From Macrostomum lignano (Eukaryota): a stretch of DNA of 34,367 nucleotides. Shown here piece by piece: positions 33,711-34,367 of the stretch (positions within the stretch are counted from its first letter, which is position 1; each line of letters begins with the position of its first letter). The notes beneath the pieces are model-generated. The model searched no databases. It had not been told where the DNA came from and saw only the letters and a program-made list of their open reading frames with translations. The translations under genes and the position numbers were made by a program. The stretch covers positions 233,517-267,883 of the forward strand of contig NIVC01001564.1 in NCBI GenBank assembly GCA_002269645.1. Direction: 5' to 3'.

Positions 33711-34367
33711 CTGTCACGTTATTGGCGTAGCGGCTAACTATGGCTATGACCCTTAAAAGGGCCGTTTTGACGAGAGTTGTAGTGAGTCGTAGTCTCAAAA
33801 TAAGTTGAAGTCAACTCTTGTAAAGCGGATTTTGTAGCGGAGCACTTGGCGATAAAGGCAGGAACTGCCGTAGTTGTTTTTATTGGTAGTATCAATATTA
33901 GGCTTGGCTATTACTGTCAATTCACAAACTATAGCTTTCTGGGCACTGGCGGCTGCAACAATGGTTTTTGAAGATAAATTGAATGTGAAGTCAAGTGGCA
34001 GACGAATGATGCAATGGCGACGTAACGTGAGGAGCAATGGCAATGAGCACAGTGAAGGCAGTGAGACGCAGTAGGCAGGCAGATGAGCAGTGGCGAGGTT
34101 GGCGTCAGCCGTGGCGTGAGATAAGGAGGCTCGAGGCAGCCAGACAGAGAGAAGGAAAACAAGGCTAGACAAGGCTAGGCAAGCCAGACGGACGGAGGAC
34201 AAGCCTAAGGAGAGAGAACACAGAACACAAGAACAGGGACGAGTGAAACCCCAGCCCGCCAGGCGAGGGTTAATAAAGAGCGCAAAAGGGGGGTAGCGTA
34301 AAACACGGAGAGTTTTCATTGGCTGGCGAGAGAACTTGAAATTATCGATCGTGCCAAAATTCACAGA
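33711..34367. mobile_element. Left part of the TA-flanked TIR element (duplicate of 1032..1859), cut by the window edge
   Basis: TA|CTGTCACGTT at 33709-33720, followed by the same internal sequence. Confidence 0.55.

Larger units (their letters stand above)
32689..34367 (+). repeat. Direct segmental repeat, copy B (matches 1..1686)
   Basis: Colinear with the window start; runs to the window edge. Confidence 0.97.

Overview
Eukaryotic (metazoan) genomic DNA with spliceosomal introns, microsatellites, MITEs and satellites; there are no prokaryotic operons, rRNA/tRNA genes or CRISPR arrays. An invertebrate such as a Macrostomum-type flatworm is only a guess from composition. The window covers one full ~32.7-kb tandem repeat unit plus ~1.7 kb: 1..1686 recurs at 32689..34367. 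Each unit carries three main things. (i) An apparently intronless ~2980-aa sacsin-like gene (23879..32827, +) with only two HSP90-like SRR ATPase repeats, a degenerate J-like segment lacking HPD, and a C-terminal HEPN domain; it is broken by two frame switches near its 3' end. (ii) A decayed, inverted sacsin C-terminal paralog fragment (~3270..3720, -). (iii) A 13.3-kb segment bounded by TA|CCC...GGG|TA inverted repeats (10022..23334), ending ~545 bp upstream of the sacsin ATG. It looks like a non-autonomous EnSpm/CMC-type element and holds an intact five-exon, 467-aa DUF4806-like gene, a 23-bp minisatellite, a nested MULE-like MITE and a 26-copy 183-bp satellite. Several MITEs with TIRs/TSDs fill the rest. 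The most interesting signals are the tandemly amplified GHKL-ATPase/HEPN locus, the gene-bearing TIR element beside it, and a +1 frame switch ahead of the HEPN domain at the same site in both the main gene and the diverged paralog fragment.
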